Assembly: GCA_027074135.1 (NCBI GenBank)
Contig: JALTDM010000004.1
Span: 1 to 36,942, forward strand
DNA: 36,942 nt
Reading direction: 5' to 3'
Origin: Bacteroidales bacterium
GTDB taxonomy: Bacteria > Bacteroidota > Bacteroidia > Bacteroidales > JALTDM01
The position numbers were made by a program, and so were the translations under genes. This document shows positions 8,964 to 19,200 of the stretch, in pieces. The first letter of the stretch is position 1; each line of letters opens with the position of its first letter. A model generated the notes under the pieces. It did not search any database and was not told where the DNA came from. It saw only the letters and a program-made list of their open reading frames with translations.

Positions 8964-9999
8964 GGTGCTTGATTTTTGTGTTAATGTAAAGAGCAAGAAA
9001 CACAACCAGGACAAATGTCAATAACAAAAAGCGTGCTAAATTGCTTGGTGTCCACATTTTTGTCAGAATTGCAACCGAAATTGCTGTGGAAAAGAACGAT
9101 ATAATTATGAATATTATTGCAACTGTTTGCTCTTTTAATCCTGCGTATACTAGATTGTGTGTTGTATGGTTTCTGTCTCCTTTGAATGGAGAAACTCCTT
9201 TGAGAAGTCTGTTTATCGTTACGGTTGTTGTGTCTGTAAGGGGCAATATAAACATAAAGGCTATTGCTAAAACTGTATCAATTTTATTTACACTTGGTGA
9301 GAAGTTATGATTCCAAACAAAAAAGATTCCTGTACCTGCCAATAATGCACCCAAAAGTTGACTGCCATTGTCACCCATATACATTTTTGAAGGATGCCAA
9401 TTTACATTAAGAAAAGCAACGAGTGCAGGTAATATCACATAAGGAATTATGCCGTATTCAAAATTACCTGTTATAATGGAAATAAACGTAATCCCTGAAA
9501 TAATGGCTAATGAAACAGATGTTGTTATAGCATCCATATTGTCAAGCATATTTATGGAATTCATTATGCCTACTACCCAAATTATAGTTGTTAAATAATT
9601 AAGCAATAAGCTGTTAAAAAAGTTTATGTAATATCCGGAAAGAATAAAGCCTAATGCAATTACAAATTGTACAATAAACTTAAAATAAGGACTTGTATTT
9701 AACAAATCGTCAGCAAGACCCATAATAAAACCAATTGTCACGGAGAAAAATAATATGATGTTAAATTCATTTAAGAAGTTGTATTCATCAGATAACCAGG
9801 CTACAGATATAAATAATCCGGCAAGCAAAACGAAGTAAAAAGTCACACCTCCAAGTATTGGTTTAGATTGTGATGCCCACCGTGGAAGAGAGGTTATTTG
9901 TTTTTTTAACCCAATTTTATTGGATCTCTTGTAAAGAAATTGACTGACTAAATATCCTATTAAAAAAAGTAATATGAAAATAACAGTTTCCGGAAGCAT
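8944..9999 (-). CDS. Glycosyltransferase family 4 polyprenyl-phosphate sugar-1-phosphate transferase (MraY/WecA family)
   Basis: 351-aa polytopic membrane protein with GLADDL, NSINMLDNMD and MGDNGSQLLGALLA motifs characteristic of the MraY/WecA superfamily. Confidence 0.85.
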   Translation of the reverse strand: MLPETVIFILLFLIGYLVSQFLYKRSNKIGLKKQITSLPRWASQSKPILGGVTFYFVLLAGLFISVAWLSDEYNFLNEFNIILFFSVTIGFIMGLADDLLNTSPYFKFIVQFVIALGFILSGYYINFFNSLLLNYLTTIIWVVGIMNSINMLDNMDAITTSVSLAIISGITFISIITGNFEYGIIPYVILPALVAFLNVNWHPSKMYMGDNGSQLLGALLAGTGIFFVWNHNFSPSVNKIDTVLAIAFMFILPLTDTTTVTINRLLKGVSPFKGDRNHTTHNLVYAGLKEQTVAIIFIIISFFSTAISVAILTKMWTPSNLARFLLLTFVLVVFLALYINTKIKHHENKNA

Positions 10000-10081
10000 A
10001 TAATCAAATAAAAATACTGCCTAAAAAAGTCGTAATGACCTTAATAGACAGTAGTGAAAGATAAAATATTATTAGAAGGTA

Positions 10082-10237
10082 TTATTTAACAGTATATTCG
10101 TCAGAAACTGTTAGTCTTTTCCTTCCTTTAGCTCTTCTGCGTGCCAAAACTTTTCTTCCGTTCTTGGTAGCCATTCTTGATCTGAAACCATGTTTATTTT
10201 TTCTTTTCCTGTTCGACGGTTGAAATGTCCTTTTCAT
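10082..10237 (-). CDS. rpmH: 50S ribosomal protein L34
   Basis: Too short for the ORF track. The reverse strand from ATG 10237 reads [51 protein letters not shown], with stop TAA at 10084-10082. MKRTFQPS...HGFR.RM.T..GR.VL..RR.KGRK.L is the L34 signature. Confidence 0.92.
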   Translation of the reverse strand: MKRTFQPSNRKRKNKHGFRSRMATKNGRKVLARRRAKGRKRLTVSDEYTVK

Positions 10238-10258
10238 ATCTCAAAATATTTGGATGTG

Positions 10259-10266
10259 CAAAGATA
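10259..10266 (-). promoter_or_regulatory. Candidate Bacteroidota -7 box (TAnnTTTG) for rpmH
   Basis: Plus-strand caaagata equals TATCTTTG on the minus strand, 22-29 nt upstream of the rpmH ATG. Confidence 0.35.
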
Positions 10267-10383
10267 ATACATTTTCGTTTTCGCTCTTTATTTTTATGAA
10301 AAGTTTTTTGCAAGACACAAACCTGTAAATTTTAAATATGGTATATTAACTTATAAATGTTTTGTGATTTTATTGTGTTATTG

Positions 10384-11745
10384 TTATTTGCCATTATAAA
10401 TTTTAGATAACGCTATTTCCGCAGCTTTAATAAATGCTGGCATTGTAGGAGCACTTGTTAATAACGGATGTGTTCCTATTTGATATGAAAGAACTTTAAA
10501 GACTGTTAATTCTTCTTGAATAGCTAAGGCTATAGTGTTAATTATTTCTCCGGTAGATTTGCCTCCCCAAACTTCTCCTCCTAAAATAGAGCCGTCTGAA
10601 GGTGAGACATATAATTTAACTGTCAATGTTGATGTGCCCGGTAATGTCCCGGGATGACGGTCAACTCCTGTAAATTTTGCGGAAATTATCTCTAAATTAA
10701 TCAAAGGTATATCTTTATCATTAACACCGGCAGAAGCCATTGCCAATTCGTTTATCTCAGTTGAAAATACAGCAATAGTTCCTGTGAAATTATTTCTAAT
10801 TCTTATCCCGAATAAGTTATAACCTAAAATACGAGCTTCGGATGCGGCAGTAGAAGCTAACATTATTTTATCTTTCCTTCCTGTTAAAAATCCTAAAGTT
10901 TCCGAACAATCTCCTACTGCATAAATATCTTTAACAGAAGTTTGTCCGAAATTGTCGACAATAATTGCTTTATATTCATTCAAGCTTAATCCGATTTTTT
11001 CTGCAAGGCTTGTGTTAGGAATATATCCTATTGCAATAAAAACAGCATCAGCCTCTAGTTCTTTACCAGAATTCAATTTAACTCTTTTTACTATACCACT
11101 TTCTCCAATAATCTCTTGAACGCTTGTTGAGGTGTAAACATTTACGTTTGCTTTTTTTAATTGTTCTGTGGCAATTTCGCTTAGTTCAGATGAAAAAGCT
11201 TTAGTGAAACACAAATCTTCTTTTTCAACAATACTTACTGTCTTATTTTTATCCTTTGCCAATTGTTCTGCTACTTCAGCCCCAATAAAACCTCCTCCGA
11301 TAATAACGATGTTTTTTTTATATTTTATTTCTTCTACGAGCTTACTAATATAATTATAACTTTTTTTTATAAAGAAAACATTTTTCAGGTCATGACCTTT
11401 TAATGATTTGGGAACTGAAGGATGGGAACCTGTAGCTAATATTAATTTGTGGTAAGAAAATTCTGAGCCGGAAACAGTTTTAACAATCTTTTGTTTTTTG
11501 TCAATTTCAATAACTTTATCAGTTATTACGTTGCCTCCCAAATCAATAAAAGGTTTTAAGCCCATAATATCTTTATTTACAGAGTCAAGTTCGTGAAAAA
11601 CGTAAGGAATCCCACATGGAATTAATCCTTTTTCTTCTTCCTTTAAAATTAAAACGCTTTTTGAAGTATATTGTTTCTTTACTGTTATAGCAGTAACGAT
11701 ACCTGCCGGTCCGGCACCGATAATTATTACATCAAACTTTTTCAT
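10384..11745 (-). CDS. FAD-dependent pyridine nucleotide-disulfide oxidoreductase (NADH oxidase / CoA-disulfide reductase-like, single active-site Cys)
   Basis: 453 aa. N-terminal FAD fold VIIIGAGPAGI, second Rossmann motif IVIIGGGFIGAEVA, candidate redox Cys in GLIPCGIPYV, and AVGDC near the FAD-binding C-terminal motif. Confidence 0.85.
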   Translation of the reverse strand: MKKFDVIIIGAGPAGIVTAITVKKQYTSKSVLILKEEEKGLIPCGIPYVFHELDSVNKDIMGLKPFIDLGGNVITDKVIEIDKKQKIVKTVSGSEFSYHKLILATGSHPSVPKSLKGHDLKNVFFIKKSYNYISKLVEEIKYKKNIVIIGGGFIGAEVAEQLAKDKNKTVSIVEKEDLCFTKAFSSELSEIATEQLKKANVNVYTSTSVQEIIGESGIVKRVKLNSGKELEADAVFIAIGYIPNTSLAEKIGLSLNEYKAIIVDNFGQTSVKDIYAVGDCSETLGFLTGRKDKIMLASTAASEARILGYNLFGIRIRNNFTGTIAVFSTEINELAMASAGVNDKDIPLINLEIISAKFTGVDRHPGTLPGTSTLTVKLYVSPSDGSILGGEVWGGKSTGEIINTIALAIQEELTVFKVLSYQIGTHPLLTSAPTMPAFIKAAEIALSKIYNGK

Positions 11746-11787
11746 TTTGTTTAGATTTTAGTTAATAATTGATAATTTTTATATATA

Positions 11788-11795
11788 CAAATATA
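11788..11795 (-). promoter_or_regulatory. Candidate -7 box (TATATTTG) for the oxidoreductase gene
   Basis: Plus-strand caaatata, 43-50 nt upstream of ATG 11745, in an AT-rich intergenic region. Confidence 0.3.
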
Positions 11796-12090
11796 TATAT
11801 GCAAATGTGATTTTTTTATGATAATTGTTAGATATTTTATTTTTTTAATGTTAAGCAACTTCGGGTTAAACTTCTTTCTTTAATTTTTCTGCAAAATCCT
11901 TTTACAAAATTTTCAAAAAAGAAAAAGATAACGTAAAGCTAAGTAAGTTTTACTCACTTTAAATAGTATTGCTTTGTTATGCAAAGATGTTAAAAACTAT
12001 GAGGATAACAAAGTATGCTGGAAATTTTGTGGAAATGATGAAAAGAGGCTGTTCTCCAAAGGCAGCAGCTTTTCATCATTTAGTTTAGTG

Positions 12091-14541
12091 TCAACTGCGA
12101 ACCGAAGCGTTAAGTTCTTTTTCCAGTTTGTTGATTATCTTGAACATAACTTTATTTGCTTCTTCATCTTTAAGTGTCTTGTTTTTGTCTTGAAGGATAA
12201 GTCTTACTGCATAAGATTTTTTGCCTTTACCGAGTTTTTCTTCATTTTCGTAAACATCAAACAAGAATACTTCTTTTATCAATTTTGATTTTACAGAAGC
12301 GATAAGTTTTTCTATATCGTTAAATGTAATTTGTTTGTCTATCAATACAGCAATATCTCTTTGCACTTCGGGGAATTTGGGCAAATCCTCAAATTTTATT
12401 TGGTGGTCGCTGTATCGGTTTATAAGGTTTTCAAAATTGGTTTCGGCATAAAATACAGGTGTTTCAATCTCAAACTTTTTGGTAATCTTTGAATTTACTT
12501 TTCCTAATCTGAAAAGGGTAGTGCTGTTGTTTTTATATTCCAATCCGAAATCAAAAATATCATCTGAAATGGCAATTTTTTCATGAATTGCAATACCGAG
12601 TTTATTCAATATACTTTCAACCTGTGATTTCAATTCGAAAAATTCATTTTGTACAGGTTTTTCATTCCACATATTTTCATTTCGTGTGCCGGTTACAGCA
12701 ATTGCAAAACTATAATTTTCAGAGTAATTATCAAGGTTTGATTTATCTTCCGGTTTGGTAAGCCTAACAACATTACCTAATTCATAAAACCTTATGTCTT
12801 TTTTTTGACGATTTATGTTGTGAACTATTGATTCCAACATACCAAAAAGCAATGTTTGCCTCATTGCATTCAGTTCGCTGCTGAGGGGATTTTTTATCAT
12901 TACCAAGTTTTGGGCACGATAAGTAGTTAATGAGTTATAGTATTCGGAGGCGGTGAGTGAATTGTTCATTATTTCGCGGTAACCTTTACTTGTCAAAAAG
13001 TTTGCAATAGAATTTGTAATTACTTCTTTGTCGGGTTTGGGTCTGTAGGTGAGAACGGATTTAACTTGTGAAGGTATTTCTATGTTGTTGTAACCGTAAA
13101 TTCTCAAGATTTCTTCTACCACATCTGCTGGTCTGGTAACATCTACACGGTAAGTAGGAACAGAAACCAATATACTTTTTTCTTTTTCTGCTATTATTTT
13201 TATTTCAAGCCCTTCAAGTATGTTTTTTATTTGGTAACGGTCAAGTTCTTTTCCAATCATTGTGGTTACATAATCAAAATCAAGTTCTACAACTTTTTCT
13301 TCTACAGGTTCGGGATACACATCATTTATTTCCATTGCAATTTCTCCACCTGCAAGTTCTTTAATCAATTTAGCTGCAAGTTTTAGAGGATAAACCGTAT
13401 TGTTTATATCAGTACCTCGTTCAAATCTGAAAGAAGCGTCGGTATGTAAATTATGCCGTTTGGCAGATTTTCTGATGAAAACAGGATTGAACCAAGCACT
13501 TTCTAGAAAAATATTTTTTGTTTCTTCCGTTATTCCGGAATATTTACCGCCAAATACTCCCGCCATACACAGAGGTGTATTTTCGGCATCGCATATCATA
13601 AGGTCTTCTGCCGACAGCTTGCGTCCTACATCGTCAAGAGTTGTAAAAGGTGTACCTTCGGGTAAAGTTTTTACTTTGATTGTATTACCTTTTATTTTGT
13701 CTGCATCAAATGCGTGCAGTGGTTGCCCCGTTTCGTGCAAAACGAAGTTTGTAATGTCCACAATGTTGTTTATTGGAGTGAGGCCTATAGTCATCAGTTT
13801 GTATTTGAGCCAGTCGGGAGATTCTTTTACCGTTACGCCTTTTATTGAAATTCCTGTGTAGCGTTTGCAACCTTCATTGTCTTCAATAATTATGTCAATG
13901 GGAAGAGAATTGTTGTCAATTTTTATTTCTGCATCTCTTTTTTTTAGTTTTAGGTACTTTTCGTTTGCATTGTAATAGGCAAAAATATCCCTTGCTACTC
14001 CGTAATGTGAAGCTGCATCAATTCTGTTTGGTGTAAGTTCTACTTCTATTACTGTGTCCTCGGGTATATTTACATAATTTTTGAAATCTTTACCCACCGG
14101 TGCATTTTCGTCCAAAACCAAAATACCATCATGGGAGTCGCCCAGTCCGATTTCATCTTCTGCACAAATCATTCCTTCGGAGACATGTCCGCGAAGTTTT
14201 ACTTTTTTTATTTTAAGGACTTCATTTTTGTAATACAAAGTAGTTCCTACGGTAGCTACTACTACTTTCTGGTTTTCTGCAACATTGGGTGCTCCGCAAA
14301 CTATATCCAAAACTTTTCCGCCGATATCAACTTTGGTTGCAGAAAGATTATTTGTACCTTCTATTTTTTTGAATTCAAGCACTTTGCCTATTTTCAAACC
14401 TTCCAGTCCGCCTTTTATGGGGTGAAATTTTTCTGTTGATGCAACTTCCAATCCTATGGAGGTTAGTATATATTTTATTTCTGATGCTTGTATATTTTTC
14501 AAATCAATGAGTTCTCCAAGCCAATTCAACGAAATTTTCAT
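12091..14541 (-). CDS. pheT: Phenylalanine--tRNA ligase beta subunit
   Basis: 816 aa. N-terminus MKISLNWLGELIDL plus a tRNA-binding domain (GKVLEFKKIEG...L..TKVDIGG..L.IVCGAPN). B3/4, B5 and anticodon-binding-like C-terminal regions are typical of PheT. Confidence 0.95.
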   Translation of the reverse strand: MKISLNWLGELIDLKNIQASEIKYILTSIGLEVASTEKFHPIKGGLEGLKIGKVLEFKKIEGTNNLSATKVDIGGKVLDIVCGAPNVAENQKVVVATVGTTLYYKNEVLKIKKVKLRGHVSEGMICAEDEIGLGDSHDGILVLDENAPVGKDFKNYVNIPEDTVIEVELTPNRIDAASHYGVARDIFAYYNANEKYLKLKKRDAEIKIDNNSLPIDIIIEDNEGCKRYTGISIKGVTVKESPDWLKYKLMTIGLTPINNIVDITNFVLHETGQPLHAFDADKIKGNTIKVKTLPEGTPFTTLDDVGRKLSAEDLMICDAENTPLCMAGVFGGKYSGITEETKNIFLESAWFNPVFIRKSAKRHNLHTDASFRFERGTDINNTVYPLKLAAKLIKELAGGEIAMEINDVYPEPVEEKVVELDFDYVTTMIGKELDRYQIKNILEGLEIKIIAEKEKSILVSVPTYRVDVTRPADVVEEILRIYGYNNIEIPSQVKSVLTYRPKPDKEVITNSIANFLTSKGYREIMNNSLTASEYYNSLTTYRAQNLVMIKNPLSSELNAMRQTLLFGMLESIVHNINRQKKDIRFYELGNVVRLTKPEDKSNLDNYSENYSFAIAVTGTRNENMWNEKPVQNEFFELKSQVESILNKLGIAIHEKIAISDDIFDFGLEYKNNSTTLFRLGKVNSKITKKFEIETPVFYAETNFENLINRYSDHQIKFEDLPKFPEVQRDIAVLIDKQITFNDIEKLIASVKSKLIKEVFLFDVYENEEKLGKGKKSYAVRLILQDKNKTLKDEEANKVMFKIINKLEKELNASVRS

Positions 14542-14568
14542 AATCAGTAGGGTTTATTTTTTGATGTA

Positions 14569-14576
14569 CAAAAGTA
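14569..14576 (-). promoter_or_regulatory. Candidate -7 box (TACTTTTG) for pheT; a second match (TATTTTTG) lies at 14581-14588
   Basis: Plus-strand caaaagta, 28-35 nt upstream of the pheT ATG (14541). Confidence 0.35.
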
Positions 14577-14599
14577 ATCACAAAAATAATATGATGATT

Positions 14600-15043
14600 C
14601 TATTGTGCAGGCTTATTTACTCCTCTCTTTTCATCTAAGTAATCGCCTACCTTTTCAGAAAAACGCAACTGTTGGATACGCCACTTTTTGCCTGGACGGT
14701 ACATTGTAAAAATAAACAACAAAGGTTGTCTGTCGTATTTGGCAAGATAAAACAGTCGGATGTAATTGTTTCCTGCTTTTGTTTCTTCAATGAGTTCACT
14801 GCCATAAAATTTGCCGAGTAATTTTACTATTTTGTTCAGTTCGTTTTTAATTTTTAGGTTGCCTGCAACTTGTGTTCTGAGGTATTTGTTTGTTTTAAAA
14901 ATGTAATCAATGGCGGCATCATTACCTTTGGATTTCATTATGGAAAAAAAATTATCAGGTATGGCAAGATAGCTTTTAGTGTCTTGACCAATCCCTGTCC
15001 GTGCAAAAAGTATGAATGCTAAAAAAAATAAATGTTTTCCCAC
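14600..15043 (-). CDS. Small secreted protein, unknown function
   Basis: 147-aa ORF. The only possible start is GTG at 15043, since an in-frame TAG lies two codons upstream. Signal-peptide-like N-terminus GKHLFFLAFILFARTGIG|QD. A TAACTTTG box lies 25-32 nt upstream. Confidence 0.6.
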   Translation of the reverse strand: MGKHLFFLAFILFARTGIGQDTKSYLAIPDNFFSIMKSKGNDAAIDYIFKTNKYLRTQVAGNLKIKNELNKIVKLLGKFYGSELIEETKAGNNYIRLFYLAKYDRQPLLFIFTMYRPGKKWRIQQLRFSEKVGDYLDEKRGVNKPAQ

Positions 15044-15067
15044 TTTCTATGACTTTTGTTGTATTCA

Positions 15068-15075
15068 CAAAGTTA
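15068..15075 (-). promoter_or_regulatory. Candidate -7 box (TAACTTTG) for the 147-aa gene
   Basis: Plus-strand caaagtta, flanked by an A9 run (15075-15083) on the plus strand. Confidence 0.35.
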
Positions 15076-15168
15076 AAAAAAAATGAATAGATGTTTATGT
15101 TTTATGATAACGGTTTTGTGTATAAGTAGTAGCGGGATTTTCTGCACTTTATGGTATTATTGTTTATT

Positions 15169-16052
15169 TTATTCAAATTGTTCATTTTTAACTTTTTGTC
15201 CGCCATTACTTATACGCAATGTTATCCTTAATATTTTAATATCTCCAATATTTTCTATTACAGCTCTTCTTATATCTTTTTCATCTTCATCACTAATATT
15301 TTTCCTTAAAATTATACAATTGAAAGCTTCTTTTGGTACTCTAATTTGTCTATCTTCAATAGTTGTACCATTATACCAAAATTTTTGTGTTCTGTATTCT
15401 TTTTCATAGCTCCATTTTTTTCTTTAAAATATACTTGCATATATCTGATTAAATCACTGTCCATAATTGGTTATGGTAAAAGAATTGGTATCTCATCATA
15501 ATATTGAACTTTACCACCACCACCTAAATATCTAAAAAGAATTTTAGAATTATAGCCTATGCAAAAACCTTTATGGTTATTTGCATATTTCTCCCACATA
15601 ATGTCTAAACATTTTTCTTCTGTTAAACTTAAAATTCCCAATCTTTGAAATAATTGCTCAAGATAGTGTCTTTGAAAATCACTATTTTTTTCTTTGTCTT
15701 TATATGCTTCTAATTTTAATAGTTCTCTAATCTTTTTTCTTTTTAATTGTCGTGATAAATTTGGCTCTACTTCGTTTGCCAATCGTTTGTAGAATAATTC
15801 AGCTTGTTTTTTATCCATATCCATTAAATCATATCGTATCGGAATTTTACAATCAAGCTTATCTGCAAACTCGCTTGGCGAGGCCATATAAATTTCTCTT
15901 TTGGTTATAAATCTTTTGTGATAGTCGTTTTCCCAATATCTGTATTTAAAAAGGATTTCAGTATATTCAATATCATCTAAACTTTTTATTTTCTTTTTTA
16001 TTTCCATTAATGTGTAATGTGATATTGATTCATTAATTTTCATTCCAAACAA
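15169..16052 (-). pseudogene. Disrupted DUF2971-family gene (in-frame TAA plus 1-nt frameshift in a homopolymer run)
   Basis: ORF 15471-16052 has DUF2971-like motifs (LFKYRYWENDYHKRFITKREIYMASPSEFADKLD; GILSLTEEKCLDIMWEKYANNHKGFCIGY). It ends at TAA 15473-15471. The same frame then continues P-I-MDSDLIRYMQVYFKEK into a run of 7 A (plus-strand T7 at 15415-15421). A different frame after the run reads WSYEKEYRTQKFWYNGTTIEDRQIRVPKEAFNCIILRKNISDEDEKDIRRAVIENIG... to TAA 15171-15169. Joined, this gives a DUF2971-sized protein of ~294 aa. Confidence 0.6.
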
Positions 16053-16254
16053 CTCTGACTTTTATTGCTTTATGAAAAAAAACAGAGCAATTACAGTTCC
16101 TTAAATCAGCAAATCCTTTGTATCAAAGCATATGTCATAGTTTTTTCAATATTTATGTTTTTTGATAATGAATGATTAAATGTTAATAACGCAATTTCGG
16201 TCAAAAAATTGAATTGACAATAATAAAATTGAGGTAATTTTTTTAACCGCTGTG

Positions 16255-19200
16255 TTACCTTATTAATATAACATTTCCCGAATATGTGTGGAATTTGCCG
16301 GCTCTGTCATAAAATTCCGCATGCCACTTGTAAGTACCGACTTCAGCTTTTTTGCCGTTTACGGTTCCGTCCCAACCTTTGTTTATATCGTTGCTCTGGA
16401 AGATTAGTTCTCCCCACCTGTCGTATATGTAAAGTGAGAATGTTGAATTATCCACATTTGTGCCTTTGGTAATGAAAATGTCATTAACTCCGTCGTTATC
16501 AGGAGTAAATGCGTTCGGTGCCCAGAATGTATAAAAGTCAGCAACTTGCAGTACTTTCACTGCAGTATCAACACATCCGTAGAAATTACGTGCTGTAAGT
16601 GTTACCGTGTAATGGTCATGTAAGAAATTAAAGATATGTGCCGGATTTTCTTGTAACGAAGAATCTCCATCTCCGAAATCCCATATATAATCGGTTGCCC
16701 CCTGTGATAGGTTATAGAAATTGATTTGTGTATGGAAAATTTGTATTACAGTAGGATCTGTGATAAATTCCGCATCAGGAACTGGATAAATTGTAATCAG
16801 ATTTTCAGCAGTTTGTTTAACTTGGCAACCTTCTTCCGTTGTTGTATATACAGTAACAGTGTAAGTCCCGGGTTGTGAATAAGTATGTGTTATGTTTTGA
16901 TGTTCGGTTTCCGGGAAAGTGGTTACATCTCCAAAGTCCCACCTGTAAATCAAACCGGGATAAAATACATTCAAGTTAAATGTTACATTCAGCGGCGGAC
17001 AACCTGCCGTTGTGTCGGGTGAAAAGCTTAATGTTGGCACATTAATAACATAGAATGATGTGTCTATTGTAAGATGTGGTGTAGTACAACCATCTGTAAT
17101 TGTGAAATGTAAATATCTATTTCCTGCCAGTGATCCACTGTAATAAGTATAAGGAACTTGTATTTCGTTTGTATCAAGATAAATGTGGTACTCACCATTA
17201 CCGCCTTGCACTTGCATATCTATTTCAACATTATCTCCCGGGCAAACTGTATCATCACTTAATGTAAGTTCTGCAGACAACGGCGGATAAACATTAACTG
17301 TTGTATGTTCTGGGATAAATTGGCATCCGTGACTGTCAGTTACTGTTACGCTGTAATTTGTGGTAGTATCGGGTTCTACATAAATAGTATCTACTGTCAT
17401 TCCGTTGCTCCACTCAAACGAATATGGATATGTGCCACCTGTAGCTGCCACCCAAATTTGTGCTGTTTCTCCTATGCAAATTTGTTGAGGTTCAGTAACT
17501 GCAGCATATAAAGGTTGTGGTTCATTTACTTCATATTCACCATATATTTTACAACCGTTGGCATCATTTACGGTAACGGAATATGTACCTGCTGCCAATC
17601 CTTCATAAACCGTATTTTGTGCTCCCGTATTCCACATAACCGTGTATGACGGTGTACCGCCGGTAATATTAAGAGTTATGGAGCCATTGTATTCACCGTG
17701 GCACCTTACATCATCTACGGTTGCAGTTAATTGCAGCGGTTCATCCGGTTCGTCAATGAAAACGGAGTCAGTTAAAACACAACCGTAAAGGTCTGTTATT
17801 GTTACAGTGTATTCTCCAGCAGGAACATTGGTTAAATCTTCAGATGTTGTTCCATTACTCCATTGATAAGAATAAGGTAAAACACCGCCGGTTACAGTTA
17901 GGTCTGCACTTCCTGTGCTTTCTCCGTGACACAATACATCGTGTGCTGTTATGCTTGATTGCAGCGGTGCATCGGGTTCATCCACATAATAAGTTGCAAA
18001 ATATTGGCAACCGTGGTCGTCTGTAACAGTTACGCTGTAATTACCTTCAATAAGGTTATTAATGTCTTGGGAAGAATCACCATTGCTCCAAGAATATGAA
18101 TACGGAGGTGTACCGCCTGTTACGGTTATGTCAATATATCCGTCACTGCCACCGTAACAACTAACATTATGTATTGTGTCTTCAACAGCAATCGGATCAG
18201 GTTCTGTAATTGTTTGTGAAATTGTTTCGGAACATCCGTTGTTGTCAGTTACGGTTACCGTATAAGTTCCTGCTGTTAAGAATTGCAAGTCTTCGGTTGT
18301 TTCACCATTGTTCCACTGGTAAGTATATGGAGGCGTTCCTCCTATAACATTCAAATCAATAAAAGCGTTGTTACCACCGTTACATAAAACATTTTCAAAT
18401 GTATCTATTGTCAAAATCAATGGTGTATCGGGTTGAGAAACTTCGATAGGAACTTCTTTTGTACAACCTACTGCATCAGTTACAAATACAGTATAAGTTC
18501 CTGCAGGCAGGTTTGTTAAATCTTCATTAGTTGCTGCTGTGGGATCCCAATAATAGGTATATCCTGGTGTGCCTCCGGATACTGTAATGTCTATTGCTCC
18601 GGTACTGTCACCATAACAAAGTACATCTGTCACATCGTAGTCAACAATTATTGGCGGATCAAGTTCTACAATATCATATTGTGCAGTAAGTTCACAACCA
18701 TTAGCATCGCTTACGGTAACTTCATAAGTACCTGCACCGACATTATAAAGTGTATCTGTGTGATTTGGTGATGTATGCACAACACCATTACTCCAAGAAT
18801 ACGTGTAAGGAGGTGTGCCGTTTTCTATTTGTACAACCAAATATCCTGTTGAATCACCTGCACATTGAACATCTTGGTCAGTGGTATCTACAATAGCGAT
18901 TTCGGGATTAGGAATCATTGTAACAGGATCTATAGTTGTATCTTGGAACCCATCTAAATCCCAAGTATTATTATACCACGTAAATGGTATGTATCCGAGT
19001 GGGTATTGTTCATCAACAAGCGGACCTATATGATATGACCATTTTAAGCCTATTAAATCTATATCAGGTGTATCTACACCTGGAATGAAATAAGGTCTGG
19101 AACAAATAAATAATCCGGGTGGAGATGAATCAGAATTATTTGATTTCCCATCCAATGACGAATTTACCGCTTCATTTTGTCCTGCTGGATTACCTTTATA

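Noticed and set aside
12041-12075. Hairpin gaaaag-ag-gctg...cagc-ag-cttttc downstream of pheT as an intrinsic terminator
   Set aside because: The stem is interrupted by an internal loop. On the minus-strand transcript it is not followed by a convincing U-run, so it is too weak to call.
11974-12288. 104-aa plus-strand ORF
   Set aside because: It overlaps the 3' end of pheT in antisense and extends into AT-rich intergenic DNA. The product is Phe/Lys-rich and low-complexity, and there is no start context.
13400-13861. 153-aa antisense ORF inside pheT, plus similar antisense ORFs at 28418-28888, 30761-31120, 30661-30903, 14131-14439, 7894-8190 and 9041-9310
   Set aside because: Each lies wholly inside, and antisense to, a gene with strong family motifs or a clear signal peptide. 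None has motifs of its own.
15083-15409. 108-aa plus-strand ORF in the gap between the 147-aa gene and the DUF2971 ORF
   Set aside because: It is antisense to the frame-shifted C-terminal remnant of the DUF2971 gene, which has recognisable family motifs (WSYEKEYR...). The plus-strand product is low-complexity Ile/Leu/Ser/Phe sequence typical of AT-rich antisense frames.
15415-15421. Homopolymer run as a programmed phase-variation switch for the DUF2971 gene
   Set aside because: The gene also carries an independent in-frame TAA upstream of the run. Slippage alone therefore could not restore expression, and decay or sequencing error is the simpler reading.
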